Position numbers and translations under genes: made by a program
Shown: positions 53,209 through 63,844 of the stretch, piece after piece
Layout of the letters: every line of letters begins with the position of its first letter
Numbering within the stretch: position 1 is the first letter of the stretch
DNA from: Patescibacteria group bacterium
GTDB lineage: Bacteria > Patescibacteriota > Patescibacteriia > Patescibacteriales > UBA12465
DNA length: 64,000 nucleotides
Assembly (NCBI GenBank): GCA_050949505.1
Contig: JBMNFV010000001.1
Location: forward strand, 286,284-350,283
Direction: 5' to 3'
The notes under the pieces: generated by a model
Seen by the model: only the letters and a program-made list of their open reading frames with translations
The model's database searches: none
Told to the model about the DNA's origin: nothing

Positions 53209-53365
53209 AGCTTTTTTATGCTTTAAATATAGCAATAAGGGTAGGAAAAAGCAATAAAAGGAGAATTATTTAGCTTTTAATTTTCCACTAAAGATGTTAT
53301 ACTAAAAGGAGTTAGTCTAGTCTTTAACGCTAACTAGCTTTTATTATTTCTTATTATCAAATAAA

Positions 53366-55972
53366 ATGAAGCGATTTAGTCAAATTTTAATTATCTCCCT
53401 ATTTCTATTAGCTCCTTTCCTAGCTAAAGGAGCGGTTTGTAATGACTATACGGAATTAACCGTGGTGGCCCGTGACCCTAGTGGCAACTATATAGCTAAT
53501 GCCACCGTAGAGCTCTATACTCAAGAAATAGATGCTAATGGAGAAAAAAAGCCAGATAAGCGCTTAGCGACAGCTAAGGTTAATGCTAATTTAGGCACCG
53601 CTTTGCTACGCTTTAGAAATAGTAATGAGCTAAGCGCCACTTACGCTGTCCGAGTTCAGAATGTCCTTAAAGAGTCAGCTAGCTTTATGGTCTATGATGT
53701 TAACTTGGCCTGTGGTGAAACCAGAGAGCTAGAAACTACTTTAGGTGGTTTTAGAATCTTGCTTCAAGGGGCCGACCAGCGGGCCCTAGCAGGACAGAAA
53801 ATTAATCTCTATACCCAAGCCCGAGATGCCAATGGGGAGCTGGTAGAGAGCCCTAAGGACTCCTTAGGCTCCTTTACCGCCAATACTTCAGGAGAAGTTA
53901 TTGTCTATCTGCCCGCTGGTAGCCAAGAAGGAGTAGCGGGTCTTGGAGACGACTACTATGTTTTAGAATATGTTAGTGGTAGTCAACGCGCCTATCGCTA
54001 CAATCTTAAGGCGGTTAAGGGTGAAATGAAGGAAGTTATTTTCTCCTTAGGGACCATTAGGACTCGCCTAAAGTATGAAGGAGGGGGCTCAGCCGTTGGT
54101 CTCACTATGGAGGTCTATACCCAAAAGCTTAGTGCTCAAGGAGTGGAACAGTTAGGAACTAAAGTGGGTTCCTATACTATCGGTAGTGATGGTTATGGGA
54201 CCTTAGAGGTGATGCCTGACACTTATGCTATTCGGGTTAGAGTGGACAAAGACTATCAATATTTCTGGGACCTAAGCGTTAATTCTGGACAAACCGCCCA
54301 ATTCCTCTTAGAAGCGAAGGGAGCGGTGGTAGACAAAACACCGGGAGCCACTCCGACGGTGCCTAGTGATATTTGCCAAGCTAATTCTCAGACAATTTTA
54401 ACCCTCAAGAACCTACGAGGACAACTCTTAGCCGGACTTAAGTTTGAAATTTATGAACAGGCAGTCGGGACTGGCAATCTAGCTAGCGCTGGCGCTAAGG
54501 TGGCTAATGGGACCACTGATGCCGCCGGACGAGCGGTAGTGAGCTTTAAGCCTAGGACGGATAAGGTCTATGCAGTTAAGGTTTGGGACAAGCAGGCTAA
54601 TTTAGGAAGTTTTTGGTTCTACGGAGCTTTAAAGTATGTGTGTGGTTATGATCGCAGTTTAGAGCTTAGTCTGCCTGCCTTACAGGTAGTGCTAAGAAAT
54701 GACCAAGGGGTGCCCAAGATAAATCAGGCTTTTTCTTTGTATTTACAACGTTATAATGTAGATGGTCAACCCATCTTAGATAGTCAAAGTCTAATTGCTA
54801 ACTTAAAGACTGGTAGTGATGGTCAAGCGACGGTTTATGTTGCTCCCTATAGCGCCTATAATGAGCAGGCCGGTATTTACGCAATTAGCACTAAAGATGA
54901 TCAGGGAAAAACAAAGAACTATTATGATCTAAGGATTAGTGAGGCGAGCAATTATCTCTTTGACCCTACCTTTAAGGGAGTGAAGGGTGAATATGTTAGT
55001 CTCGCTGGTCAAACTCTAGCTAACAAGAGCTTGGCTCTTTATGAGCAACGAGTTGATAATGGCTATTTAGTCTTAGGAAGTCAGCTCACTGCGGTTAAAA
55101 CTGAAGCGGGTGGAAATTGGCAACTTGATTATCCTCAGGGCACCTATGCCCTGACCACTCCTGATGACTTTGGTCGGACTAATGTTTTTTGGAATGTGCA
55201 GCTAAATGGCCAAAGCAATTTTTGGTCGCTTAAGCCTAGCTTAATTACCTTTAAACTTAATCCCGGACCAGGGATAGACCCAAGTAATAGTAATTTGAAG
55301 CTTTACAGTCTAAACGGCCGAGGAGGTACCTACAGCTTAGGCTCAGAGGTAGCTACTATAAAATTAAGTGGTGACTTAGCAACTCATAATCTAGCCGCCG
55401 GAGTCTATTTAGCTACCTATCAGGGCCTTAACAATCAGGTTTATGGTCTAGTATTTTACGCTAAAAACAATACCCCCTTTACCGCTAATATTATCCCTAG
55501 TCCAGCCAATTTAATCGGTGGTCAGACTATCTTTAAAATAGCTAATGCTGATAGTAATTATGTTGGGGGCGGTAGCAGTAGTCCGGTGGTAAATAATAGC
55601 TCTTTGGCAGAGCGAGTTAAGGGGCGAATCCTATTACAAGTGGAAGACAAGGGACAGGCTTGGTATGTTAGTCCAGTTAATAATCAACGCTATAGTCTCG
55701 GTCGTCCTGAAGAAGCCTTTCAAGTGATGCGACAAGTATCCTTGGGAATCTCTAACGCCAACTTTGCTTCATTAGAAGCTAGTCCAGGCTCTTGGCGACA
55801 GTTAGCAGGAAGGATTCTATTAAAGGTAGAGGATGCTGGCCGCGCCTATTATTTTGACCCAGTTACCTTGAAATTACATTATCTAGGCCGACCAGCGGAT
55901 GCTTTTGCAATTATGCGAAATCTGGGACTAGGGATTAGCAATAGTGATTTAAGTCGGATTAGTCTTAATTAA
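53366..55972 (+). CDS. large secreted protein with at least seven Ig/CarboxypepD_reg-like modules and a duplicated C-terminal module of about 50 aa
   Basis: Signal peptide. Recurring x-[LV]-Y-x-Q...[DA]xG...G.[AV].[VL] modules (VELYTQEIDANGE, INLYTQARDANGE, MEVYTQKLSAQG, FEIYEQAVGTG, FSLYLQRYNVDGQ, LALYEQRVDNG). Tail repeats GRILLQVEDKGQAWY.../GRILLKVEDAGRAYY... Confidence 0.6.
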   Translation: MKRFSQILIISLFLLAPFLAKGAVCNDYTELTVVARDPSGNYIANATVELYTQEIDANGEKKPDKRLATAKVNANLGTALLRFRNSNELSATYAVRVQNVLKESASFMVYDVNLACGETRELETTLGGFRILLQGADQRALAGQKINLYTQARDANGELVESPKDSLGSFTANTSGEVIVYLPAGSQEGVAGLGDDYYVLEYVSGSQRAYRYNLKAVKGEMKEVIFSLGTIRTRLKYEGGGSAVGLTMEVYTQKLSAQGVEQLGTKVGSYTIGSDGYGTLEVMPDTYAIRVRVDKDYQYFWDLSVNSGQTAQFLLEAKGAVVDKTPGATPTVPSDICQANSQTILTLKNLRGQLLAGLKFEIYEQAVGTGNLASAGAKVANGTTDAAGRAVVSFKPRTDKVYAVKVWDKQANLGSFWFYGALKYVCGYDRSLELSLPALQVVLRNDQGVPKINQAFSLYLQRYNVDGQPILDSQSLIANLKTGSDGQATVYVAPYSAYNEQAGIYAISTKDDQGKTKNYYDLRISEASNYLFDPTFKGVKGEYVSLAGQTLANKSLALYEQRVDNGYLVLGSQLTAVKTEAGGNWQLDYPQGTYALTTPDDFGRTNVFWNVQLNGQSNFWSLKPSLITFKLNPGPGIDPSNSNLKLYSLNGRGGTYSLGSEVATIKLSGDLATHNLAAGVYLATYQGLNNQVYGLVFYAKNNTPFTANIIPSPANLIGGQTIFKIANADSNYVGGGSSSPVVNNSSLAERVKGRILLQVEDKGQAWYVSPVNNQRYSLGRPEEAFQVMRQVSLGISNANFASLEASPGSWRQLAGRILLKVEDAGRAYYFDPVTLKLHYLGRPADAFAIMRNLGLGISNSDLSRISLN

Positions 55973-55975
55973 GTT

Positions 55976-56980
55976 ATGACCAGTACCGAGAAAGCCAAAA
56001 CTAAGAGACCATTAAAATATACTTGGCCCGCCATTGGTAACGAGCAGGCGATAGAGTTTTTAGACCGAAGTCTTAGCAGTCAAACTTTAGCCCAAACCTA
56101 TATTTTTATTGGCCCCAAAGACCTAGGGAAAGCAACGATTGCTTTTAGTTTTTCCAAGCATCTTCAGGGGGAGAGCGAGGGCTTCAACAGTGACCTACAT
56201 CTTTTAGCCCCAGAGGCAGACAGCAAGATTATTAGCACCGAGCAGGTGAGGGAGTTTATTAAAAAATTAAGCTTAGGTTCTTTTTTAAACAATTATCAGG
56301 TAGGGATCATCAAGCAGGCTGATCGCTTACAGAGCAATGCTAAAAGCGCGCTCCTTAAGACACTAGAAGAGCCTCGGGACAAGGTGATTATTATCCTCTT
56401 AGTGGAAAATGAGGAAAACTTACCTGCCACGATTTTATCTCGTGGTCAGAAAATCTATTTCCAGCCAGTAGCTACCAGTACTATTTACGATTACTTAGTT
56501 AAAGAGAAGCAGGTAGACCGGCGCATGGCTAAGAGTCTCGCTGGACTAGCCTTAGGTAAACCCCTAAAGGCCTTGCAGTGGCTATCAGATAAATCAGCTT
56601 ATCAGGACTACTTAGATCTAGCTCGGGACTTCTTAAGCTATTTCTCTTTAGCGATTAGTGAGCGACTGGCTCACTTGGCTAAGAATTTTTCTGATAAGAG
56701 TTTTAGTCAGTCCGCTCAAGCCGAAGCCGAACAAAGACTAGCCTTACTAGAAGGCTTAACTAGAGACCTCCTGCTGCTTAACTTCAATCAGCCAGACTAC
56801 CTGCAACATATAGTTTTATTAGAAGAGCTCAAAGAGGCCTTTAATCACTTACCTCCGCTAGAGTCCGAACGAGTCGCCTACCTTAATCAGTGCTTGGAGT
56901 CTATTCTGCAAGCTAGAAAATCTTTAGCTAACAATGTTAATCCCTTATTAGTCTTAGAACAATTAGTTATTAATTTATAA
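55976..56980 (+). CDS. holB: DNA polymerase III delta-prime subunit
   Basis: AQTYIFIGPKDLGK (degenerate P-loop) and LLKTLEEP (sensor/box VII). Confidence 0.75.
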   Translation: MTSTEKAKTKRPLKYTWPAIGNEQAIEFLDRSLSSQTLAQTYIFIGPKDLGKATIAFSFSKHLQGESEGFNSDLHLLAPEADSKIISTEQVREFIKKLSLGSFLNNYQVGIIKQADRLQSNAKSALLKTLEEPRDKVIIILLVENEENLPATILSRGQKIYFQPVATSTIYDYLVKEKQVDRRMAKSLAGLALGKPLKALQWLSDKSAYQDYLDLARDFLSYFSLAISERLAHLAKNFSDKSFSQSAQAEAEQRLALLEGLTRDLLLLNFNQPDYLQHIVLLEELKEAFNHLPPLESERVAYLNQCLESILQARKSLANNVNPLLVLEQLVINL

Positions 56981-56997
56981 ATCATTATTCATAATCT

Positions 56998-58128
56998 ATG
57001 AAAAAAGCTTCAATCTTATCAAAATTGAGAATGGTCCTCTTGTTCGGAGGAGTCCTGATCTTAGCTTCAGCTTGTTCTTTTTCTTTCTCCTCTCAAGGAG
57101 GGAGTGCTAGACAAGGGGCCGAGGGTAGCTTGTTTGTAACTAGTGATCGGGGAGACACTTGGCAAGCAGCCATGTCTATCCCGGGCCCAGGCGAACGTTC
57201 GGGTAGTATTGCTGAGGTGGGAGTTAATCTCCTCAAGATAGACCCTCAGGACCACTTAGCGGTCTATTTAGGCAGTCTTGCTCACGGCCTGTTCTATACC
57301 TATGATATCGCTACGGGTTGGAATCAGGTCAAGAGTCTGCCGCAGACTAGGATTAATGACCTAGTAGTTAGTCCGGATAATAAGTGTAGGCTTTATGCCG
57401 CTTTAGGTAATCAAGTTTTCCGGTCTAATGACTGCTCTCGTACCTGGGAGCAAATCTTTGTTGATAGCAATCAGGAGGTGGCGATTAATACCTTAGCGGT
57501 AGACCACTATAATCCTAATAATATTTATTTAGGAACTAGTCGGGGAGAGATTATGAAAAGTATAGATGGGGGCTATTCCTGGCGCACTATTTGGCGACTA
57601 GATAACGGTATTTTACAATTAACTATCTCACCTTTAGACAGTCGGTTGATTTATGTAGCAACTAGCAAGAACAATATTTATCACTTTACCTCTAATACCA
57701 CCACCAACCCCGCTAACTCAACGAATATTGAGGCCAATTTTTCAGTTAGCAATTGGACGGATTTGGGAGCTAGTCTTAAAAACTTTAATTTAGGGACCGA
57801 TTTTAGAGAGCTAATCGTTAATCAAAAGGATGGTGCCGTATTTATTGCCAGCGCTAAGGGAATTATTCGCTCTCGTGATGGGGGTAGTACTTGGGAGAAC
57901 TTAAATCTCCTGCCACCAGAGAAGGAAGCGACTATCAATTCCTTAGCCGTTAATCCTAATAATTCAGCAGAACTGTTTTATATCACGGATACCACCTTCT
58001 TCCGGTCTAGTGACGGGGGAACTACTTGGACCACTAAGCGGCTGCCTAGTAGTCGCCCGGGAGCGCGACTGCTAATTGACTTTGCTAACCCAAACAGGCT
58101 ATATTTAGGAACTAGACAGGCAAAATAA
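56998..58128 (+). CDS. lipoprotein with BNR/Asp-box repeats (beta-propeller, Ycf48/sialidase-like fold)
   Basis: Lipobox LASAC. Five S-x-D-x-G-x-T-W boxes (TSDRGDTW, SNDCSRTW, SIDGGYSW, SRDGGSTW, SSDGGTTW). Confidence 0.7.
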   Translation: MKKASILSKLRMVLLFGGVLILASACSFSFSSQGGSARQGAEGSLFVTSDRGDTWQAAMSIPGPGERSGSIAEVGVNLLKIDPQDHLAVYLGSLAHGLFYTYDIATGWNQVKSLPQTRINDLVVSPDNKCRLYAALGNQVFRSNDCSRTWEQIFVDSNQEVAINTLAVDHYNPNNIYLGTSRGEIMKSIDGGYSWRTIWRLDNGILQLTISPLDSRLIYVATSKNNIYHFTSNTTTNPANSTNIEANFSVSNWTDLGASLKNFNLGTDFRELIVNQKDGAVFIASAKGIIRSRDGGSTWENLNLLPPEKEATINSLAVNPNNSAELFYITDTTFFRSSDGGTTWTTKRLPSSRPGARLLIDFANPNRLYLGTRQAK

Positions 58129-58148
58129 TTAATTAATATTTTAGAGTT

Positions 58149-58703
58149 ATGAACCAATATTTACAAGCTAAACAAGGAGACTTTAGCAAGGCCCTAGAAT
58201 ACTTTAAGCGAGAAATTAGTTCTTTGCGTACCGGCCGAGCTAATCCAGCAGTCTTAGACGCGGTACAAGTGGAGGCCTATGATACCCTTAATCCTCTAAG
58301 TGCAGTGGGTAATATTTCTGTGGCTGATGCTAAGAGTATTGTCATTGTCCCCTGGGACAAGGCGGTGGCTAAGAATATTGAGAAAGCCATTATTGCCGCT
58401 GATTTAGGCTTAGGAGTGATTAACGAAGGTGATCGTTTACGCCTCACCGTTCCCGTATTAACAGAAGAGAACCGACGGGCCCTAGTGAAGACCCTTAATG
58501 AACGCTTGGAGCGTTCACGAATCAATCTGCGTCAGGTGCGAGATGAGATTAAAAATGACATTGAACGAGCCGAAGAGGCCGGAGAAATCAGTGAAGATGA
58601 GCGCTTTAAGGCCATTAAAGAGCTAGATGAATACTCCGCTAAGCAGAATGATGAACTGAAGGAAATTAGAGACCGCAAGGAGCAAGATATTATGGAAATT
58701 TAA
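58149..58703 (+). CDS. frr: ribosome recycling factor
   Basis: 184 aa with LRTGRANPAVLD and LTEENRRALVK motifs. Confidence 0.92.
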   Translation: MNQYLQAKQGDFSKALEYFKREISSLRTGRANPAVLDAVQVEAYDTLNPLSAVGNISVADAKSIVIVPWDKAVAKNIEKAIIAADLGLGVINEGDRLRLTVPVLTEENRRALVKTLNERLERSRINLRQVRDEIKNDIERAEEAGEISEDERFKAIKELDEYSAKQNDELKEIRDRKEQDIMEI

Positions 58704-58717
58704 GTTAAATATAATTT

Positions 58718-59878
58718 ATGTTAACGACAATTATCGTCTTCATTTTAGTTTTATCAGTTTTAGTCTTTGTTCATGAGTTTGGTCACTTTTTTACCGCACG
58801 TCGCTTGGGAGTCAAGGCCGAGGAATTTGGTTTTGGGTTTCCTCCACGAGCAATTGGACTATATCGTAATACGCAAAAAAAGTGGCGGCTAGTTAAGGGG
58901 ACGAAGTCTGCTGAAGAATTATCTCAGGCAACTGATGAAAATCTAAGGCCAGACCCCCAAGCCACCATCTATTCACTTAACTGGTTGCCACTGGGAGGCT
59001 TTGTTGAAATTAAGGGGCAAGACGGAGAAGACAAGGAGGCCTCAGATAGTTTTGCTAGCAAGAAGATTTGGCAGCGAGTTATTATCCTCTCGGCGGGGGT
59101 AATTATGAATGTTATTTTAGCCTGGGGACTATTTTCCGTTGGCTATTTACTAGGCTTGCCCCAAGAGACCAGTCAAGCTTCCTCAGGGGCGATAATTAGT
59201 GAATCAGCTGTCCTCGTCTATTCCGTGCTCCCTAACTCTCCCGCTGAGGCGGCGGGACTGGAGCCAGGAGATGTTATCACGGCGGTTGGAGCGGAGGCAG
59301 TGTTAGGAGAGGAGAGCTTACCAGAGCTAATTAATGCCACCCAAGGTGAGGAAGTGGTCTTGACTGTTGAGCGAGGGGAGACTAATTTAAGTATTCCGAT
59401 TGCGGCTAGCGTAGATGACCAGGGACGAGCAACTATTGGGATCTCCATTTTCTCTACCGGCCTAGTCCGCTATCCTTTTTGGCAAGCGATTGGAGAAGGG
59501 GCTAAAACCACGGGATTGATGCTTAAAGAAATAGTGGTCGCCTTTGGCTCATTAATAGGTCAATTAGTGACTGGTCAGTCAGTTTCTGGTCAGCTAGCAG
59601 GACCAGTGGGGATTGCCAACATTACCGGTGATGCCGCTCGCTTAGGAATAGTCTATCTCTTGCAGTTAACCGCTCTACTGTCTCTTAATTTAGCGATTAT
59701 TAATATCATTCCTTTTCCCGCACTAGACGGTGGCCGGATCTTGTTTTTAATCATTGAAAAGCTACGAGGCCGACCAGTCAAGCAGGAAACTGAGGCAATT
59801 ATTCACAACTTAGGCTTTATGCTGCTAATGGTCCTTATCTTGCTAGTCACCTACAAGGACATTGTTCGTTTGTTTTAG
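58718..59878 (+). CDS. rseP: RIP zinc metalloprotease RseP (M50, site-2 protease) with a PDZ domain
   Basis: HEFGHF, PDZ segment (PNSPAEAAGLEPGDVI), PFPALDGG. Confidence 0.9.
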   Translation: MLTTIIVFILVLSVLVFVHEFGHFFTARRLGVKAEEFGFGFPPRAIGLYRNTQKKWRLVKGTKSAEELSQATDENLRPDPQATIYSLNWLPLGGFVEIKGQDGEDKEASDSFASKKIWQRVIILSAGVIMNVILAWGLFSVGYLLGLPQETSQASSGAIISESAVLVYSVLPNSPAEAAGLEPGDVITAVGAEAVLGEESLPELINATQGEEVVLTVERGETNLSIPIAASVDDQGRATIGISIFSTGLVRYPFWQAIGEGAKTTGLMLKEIVVAFGSLIGQLVTGQSVSGQLAGPVGIANITGDAARLGIVYLLQLTALLSLNLAIINIIPFPALDGGRILFLIIEKLRGRPVKQETEAIIHNLGFMLLMVLILLVTYKDIVRLF

Positions 59879-59901
59879 CTAATTAACTTAAATCTAAATT
59901 T

Positions 59902-60213
59902 ATGAAAATTAATTTAAAATCAACTAGACTAGAAATCACTGAAGCAATTGCTAATTACAGTCAGGCTAAAATGGATGCTCTTGATAAGTATCTTGGTGAC
60001 CTGGAGGTCCTAAACTGTGATTTAGAATTAGAGCGAGTGGCTGGCAATCAAAAGAAGGGAAATATTTTCCGAGTGGAGGCTAATTTAGAAGTTCCTAAGA
60101 AGCTATTACGAGTGGAGAAGACGGAAGCGGATCTATATAAGGCGATTGATAAGGTGCGTGACCACTTAGAACAGGCGATTAAAAAACATAAGGGCAAGAA
60201 TTTTAATAAATAA
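59902..60213 (+). CDS. hpf: ribosome hibernation promoting factor (short HPF/RaiA)
   Basis: 103 aa. The N-terminus MKINLKSTRLEITEAIANY... and the position upstream of secA are typical. Confidence 0.75.
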   Translation: MKINLKSTRLEITEAIANYSQAKMDALDKYLGDLEVLNCDLELERVAGNQKKGNIFRVEANLEVPKKLLRVEKTEADLYKAIDKVRDHLEQAIKKHKGKNFNK

Positions 60214-60217
60214 GACT

Positions 60218-62929
60218 ATGGGTATTTTTAACTGGCTTGGCGATGCTAATGAAAAAATAATTAAGGCTATGCAGCCGACTCTGGAGAAAATTGCTTCTCT
60301 AGAGCCAGAGCTACAAACACTATCAGCCGCTGAGCTGAAGGATAAGACGGCGGAGTTTAAAGAACGCTTAGCGGCGGGAGAAACTCTAGACGACTTGTTG
60401 CCGGAAGCCTTTGCGGTGATTCGTGAAGCGGCTTGGCGAACACTTAAGCAACGTCATTTTGATGTTCAGTTAATCGGGGGAATAGTTTTGCATCGGGGAC
60501 AAATAGCGGAAATGAAAACGGGAGAGGGAAAAACTCTAGTCGCTACCGCCCCCCTGTATCTTAATGCCCTAGCTGGTCAGGGAGCACACTTAATTACCGT
60601 CAATGACTACCTAGCCCGCTTAGGAGCAGGCTGGATGGCGCCAGTCTTTCATTCTTTAGGGCTAAGCACTGGAGTGATTATCCATGACGCCGCCTTTATC
60701 TATGACCCAGAGTATACTGATGCTAATGAATATGATGAGCGCTTAAGTCATTTTCGGAAAGTGCCTAGACGAGAAGCCTATCAGGCGGACATTACCTACG
60801 GAACTAATAATGAATTTGGTTTTGATTATCTTCGCGATAATATGGTCTTTAACCTTAGTCAAGTCGTTCAGCGTCCCCTTCACTATGCAATTGTTGATGA
60901 AATTGACTCCATTCTAATTGACGAAGCGAGAACCCCGCTCATTATCTCCGCGCCCGCTGAGGAGTCAACTGATAGATATTTTAAGTTTGCTCGCCTTGTG
61001 GAGGGGCTTATAGAAAATGAGGATTATAATATAGACGAAAAGCTAAGAGCGGCAACCCTAACTGAAGAGGGAATCGCTAAGGTGGAAAAACTTTTAGGAC
61101 TGGGTAACATCTATGTAGAGGGGGGAGTCAAGGAGGTTCATCATTTAGAACAAGCCCTGAAGGCTAATGTTTTGTTTAAAAAAGATAAAGATTATGTGGT
61201 TAAAGATGGAGAGATTATTATCGTTGATGAATTTACCGGTCGCTTGATGCCCGGCCGTCGCTATAGCGAGGGTTTGCACCAAGCAATTGAAGCTAAGGAG
61301 GGAGTGCAGGTACAGAAAGAGTCACAAACCATGGCCACCATCACCTTTCAAAATTTGTTTAGATTGTATAATAAATTATCAGGTATGACGGGAACGGCCG
61401 CCACCGAGGCCGAAGAGTTCCATAAGATCTATAATCTAGATACTATCATCATTCCGACCAACAAGCCTAATGTTAGAGAGGACTATAATGACCTAATCTA
61501 CCGAACAGAGATGGATAAGTTTAAGGCGGTGATTAGAGATGTTAAGGAGCGACATGAGAAAGGTCAACCTATTTTGATTGGAACTATTTCTATTGAAAAA
61601 AATGAACTATTCACCGAATTAATGGAGCGCGAGGGTCTTCGGCCCCAGATGTTAAACGCTAAAAACCACCAACGAGAAGCGGAAATAATTGCCCAAGCTG
61701 GTCGTCGTGGGGCAATCACGTTAGCGACTAATATGGCTGGCCGAGGAGTGGACATTATCCTAGGAGGTAACCCCTCTACCAAGGAGGAGCAAGAGGAAAT
61801 TAGGGCCCTAGGGGGACTGCATGTGATTGGTACTGAACGCCATGAGTCACGACGAATTGATAATCAGCTAAGAGGCCGAGCGGGTCGTCAGGGAGACCCA
61901 GGCTCATCTCAGTTCTTTGTCTCTACCGAAGATGACCTGATGCGTATTTTTGGCGGAGATAGAATGAAGAATTTGATGCAAACCTTGCGAGTGCCTGATG
62001 ACTTGCCGATAGAGAACAAGATGATCTCTAAGTCCATTGAGTCCGCTCAGAAAAAGGTGGAGGGCAATCACTTTGATTCCCGAAAACATTTAGTGGAATA
62101 TGATGACGTTATCAACAAGCATCGGATCGCTATTTACGAACGGCGCCGGGAGGTGATAGACATTGCCGAAGGGGTGACTGGTAGCGAAACCAAGTCCTTA
62201 GGAGAAATTATCAAGAAGTTGATCGCGGAGGAATTACAATTTATAGTTAATTTCCATACTGCTGGAGATGACCAAGAGTCCTGGAATTTACAGGAAATTT
62301 ATGAAACAGTTAGAACCATTTGGAGTCCTCAAGCTAGCTTACTAGAACAGCTTCAAGCCTTGGTTAAAGGAGATGAGGATAAGGGGAAAATTAGAACTAA
62401 GATTATTGACTACCTCTATCAAGAGGCCCAAGAAATTTATGACTCACTAACTGATCGTTTTGCTCAAGCAGGGATAGACTTTAAGGAGGTAGAAAAAGGC
62501 ATGCTCATCCGAGCCATAGACCAGCACTGGGTGGAACACTTAGAGGCGATAGACTATCTGCGACAGGGAATAGGGTTGCGGGGCTATGGACAACGAGACC
62601 CTTTGGTGGAGTATAAGAAAGAGGCTTGGCGCCTTTATCAAGAGCTTAACAATCTAGTTAACAAACACATCGTTTATGGCATCTATCACACTGCCGATGG
62701 CCTCTCAGCCGTGAGTGCGGAAGTTCTTCAAGCCTTTGCTAATAAAAATCAAGCGCAGCAATTAGAATTTAGCGGAGCGCAAAAAGAGATGCACAAGCAG
62801 GCTGGGGAGCGCAATACCTTTGACCTAGTAACTGAAAAACTTAAAGATGAGTCTGGCAAGAAGGTGGGGCGCAATGACCTTTGTCCCTGTGGCAGTGGCA
62901 AGAAGTATAAGAAGTGTCACGGGAAATAG
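60218..62929 (+). CDS. secA: preprotein translocase ATPase SecA
   Basis: MKTGEGKTLVA Walker A, DEIDSILIDEARTPLIIS, TNMAGRGVDI, C-terminal zinc motif CPCGSGKKYKKCHG. Confidence 0.95.
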   Translation: MGIFNWLGDANEKIIKAMQPTLEKIASLEPELQTLSAAELKDKTAEFKERLAAGETLDDLLPEAFAVIREAAWRTLKQRHFDVQLIGGIVLHRGQIAEMKTGEGKTLVATAPLYLNALAGQGAHLITVNDYLARLGAGWMAPVFHSLGLSTGVIIHDAAFIYDPEYTDANEYDERLSHFRKVPRREAYQADITYGTNNEFGFDYLRDNMVFNLSQVVQRPLHYAIVDEIDSILIDEARTPLIISAPAEESTDRYFKFARLVEGLIENEDYNIDEKLRAATLTEEGIAKVEKLLGLGNIYVEGGVKEVHHLEQALKANVLFKKDKDYVVKDGEIIIVDEFTGRLMPGRRYSEGLHQAIEAKEGVQVQKESQTMATITFQNLFRLYNKLSGMTGTAATEAEEFHKIYNLDTIIIPTNKPNVREDYNDLIYRTEMDKFKAVIRDVKERHEKGQPILIGTISIEKNELFTELMEREGLRPQMLNAKNHQREAEIIAQAGRRGAITLATNMAGRGVDIILGGNPSTKEEQEEIRALGGLHVIGTERHESRRIDNQLRGRAGRQGDPGSSQFFVSTEDDLMRIFGGDRMKNLMQTLRVPDDLPIENKMISKSIESAQKKVEGNHFDSRKHLVEYDDVINKHRIAIYERRREVIDIAEGVTGSETKSLGEIIKKLIAEELQFIVNFHTAGDDQESWNLQEIYETVRTIWSPQASLLEQLQALVKGDEDKGKIRTKIIDYLYQEAQEIYDSLTDRFAQAGIDFKEVEKGMLIRAIDQHWVEHLEAIDYLRQGIGLRGYGQRDPLVEYKKEAWRLYQELNNLVNKHIVYGIYHTADGLSAVSAEVLQAFANKNQAQQLEFSGAQKEMHKQAGERNTFDLVTEKLKDESGKKVGRNDLCPCGSGKKYKKCHGK

Positions 62930-62946
62930 TTTTTGAGAGTATGATT

Positions 62947-62977
62947 AAAAGAGCCCAGATAATTTCTGGGTCTTTTA
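62947..62977 (+). terminator. weak intrinsic terminator after secA
   Basis: cccag-ataattt-ctggg core hairpin followed by tctttta. Confidence 0.35.
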
Positions 62978-63051
62978 TTACCGAATTGGTGATTATTTTA
63001 AGCAGCTTAGGGCTTTTAATTTTTAGGTCAAGCTTATTAAAGTTAGCTAGT

Positions 63052-63780
63052 TTATTGATTTAACTTATTCAGCCGCCTCCGGAGACGAATTAGTCCCCAA
63101 CAGAAATACCATAATTCACTTTTCTTAACCTGACTAGGCCTAGAGGCGTAACGTTGTTCCTGCCAGTTAACAGGAATTTCTATTAACCGATAATTAGCGT
63201 TTAGGGCCAAGATAATTAATTCAGTATCAAATAGCCAACGATTATCTAAAAAGTCAGGAGCCAGGGCTTGATAGAGTTGAGCAGTGAAGGCTTTAAAGCC
63301 ACATTGAAGGTCTTGAACTTGATTATTAAATAATAGTCGGGCAAAATAATTATAGAAACGAGTGGTGAGGCGACGGACTAGAGGTCGCTGAGAGCTAGCA
63401 CCAGAGACGAGACGAGAACCGATCACTAGGTCAGCCTGATTGAGTAGCAGGGGATTAATTAATTCAGGGATCTGCTCTGGGGCAACGGCTAAATCAATAT
63501 CTAAAAAAGCTAACAGATCCGCTTGACTGGAATTAAAATATTTCTTTAGAGCTAAACTTTTACCGCCAGCTTGATAATGATAACTTTTTATCTGCTGGGG
63601 GTAGTGCTGAGCTAAACGATTGGCAATTGCGGCTGAGTCGTCACTAGAGCCGTTAACTAGAATAATAATTTGCCAGTGATAAGTAGTTGGCTGACTTGTT
63701 AGATAAGAGAAAAGACGTCGCACATTAGCTTCTAAAAGAGAAGCTTCATTTTTAACTGGTAAACAAAAATCTATTAACAT
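63052..63780 (-). CDS. family 2 glycosyltransferase (polyprenyl-phosphate sugar synthase-like)
   Basis: MLIDFCLPVKNEASLL..., IIILVNGSSDDS, FLDIDLA (DXD). I prefer ATG 63780 because the longer ORF would overlap the neighbouring pilin-like gene. Confidence 0.75.
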   Translation of the reverse strand: MLIDFCLPVKNEASLLEANVRRLFSYLTSQPTTYHWQIIILVNGSSDDSAAIANRLAQHYPQQIKSYHYQAGGKSLALKKYFNSSQADLLAFLDIDLAVAPEQIPELINPLLLNQADLVIGSRLVSGASSQRPLVRRLTTRFYNYFARLLFNNQVQDLQCGFKAFTAQLYQALAPDFLDNRWLFDTELIILALNANYRLIEIPVNWQEQRYASRPSQVKKSELWYFCWGLIRLRRRLNKLNQ

Positions 63781-63844
63781 ATAGAAAATTATAACTAGTT
63801 CGCCAAAAACTCGCAAATTGGTTATAATGAATAAAGAAAAGAAT

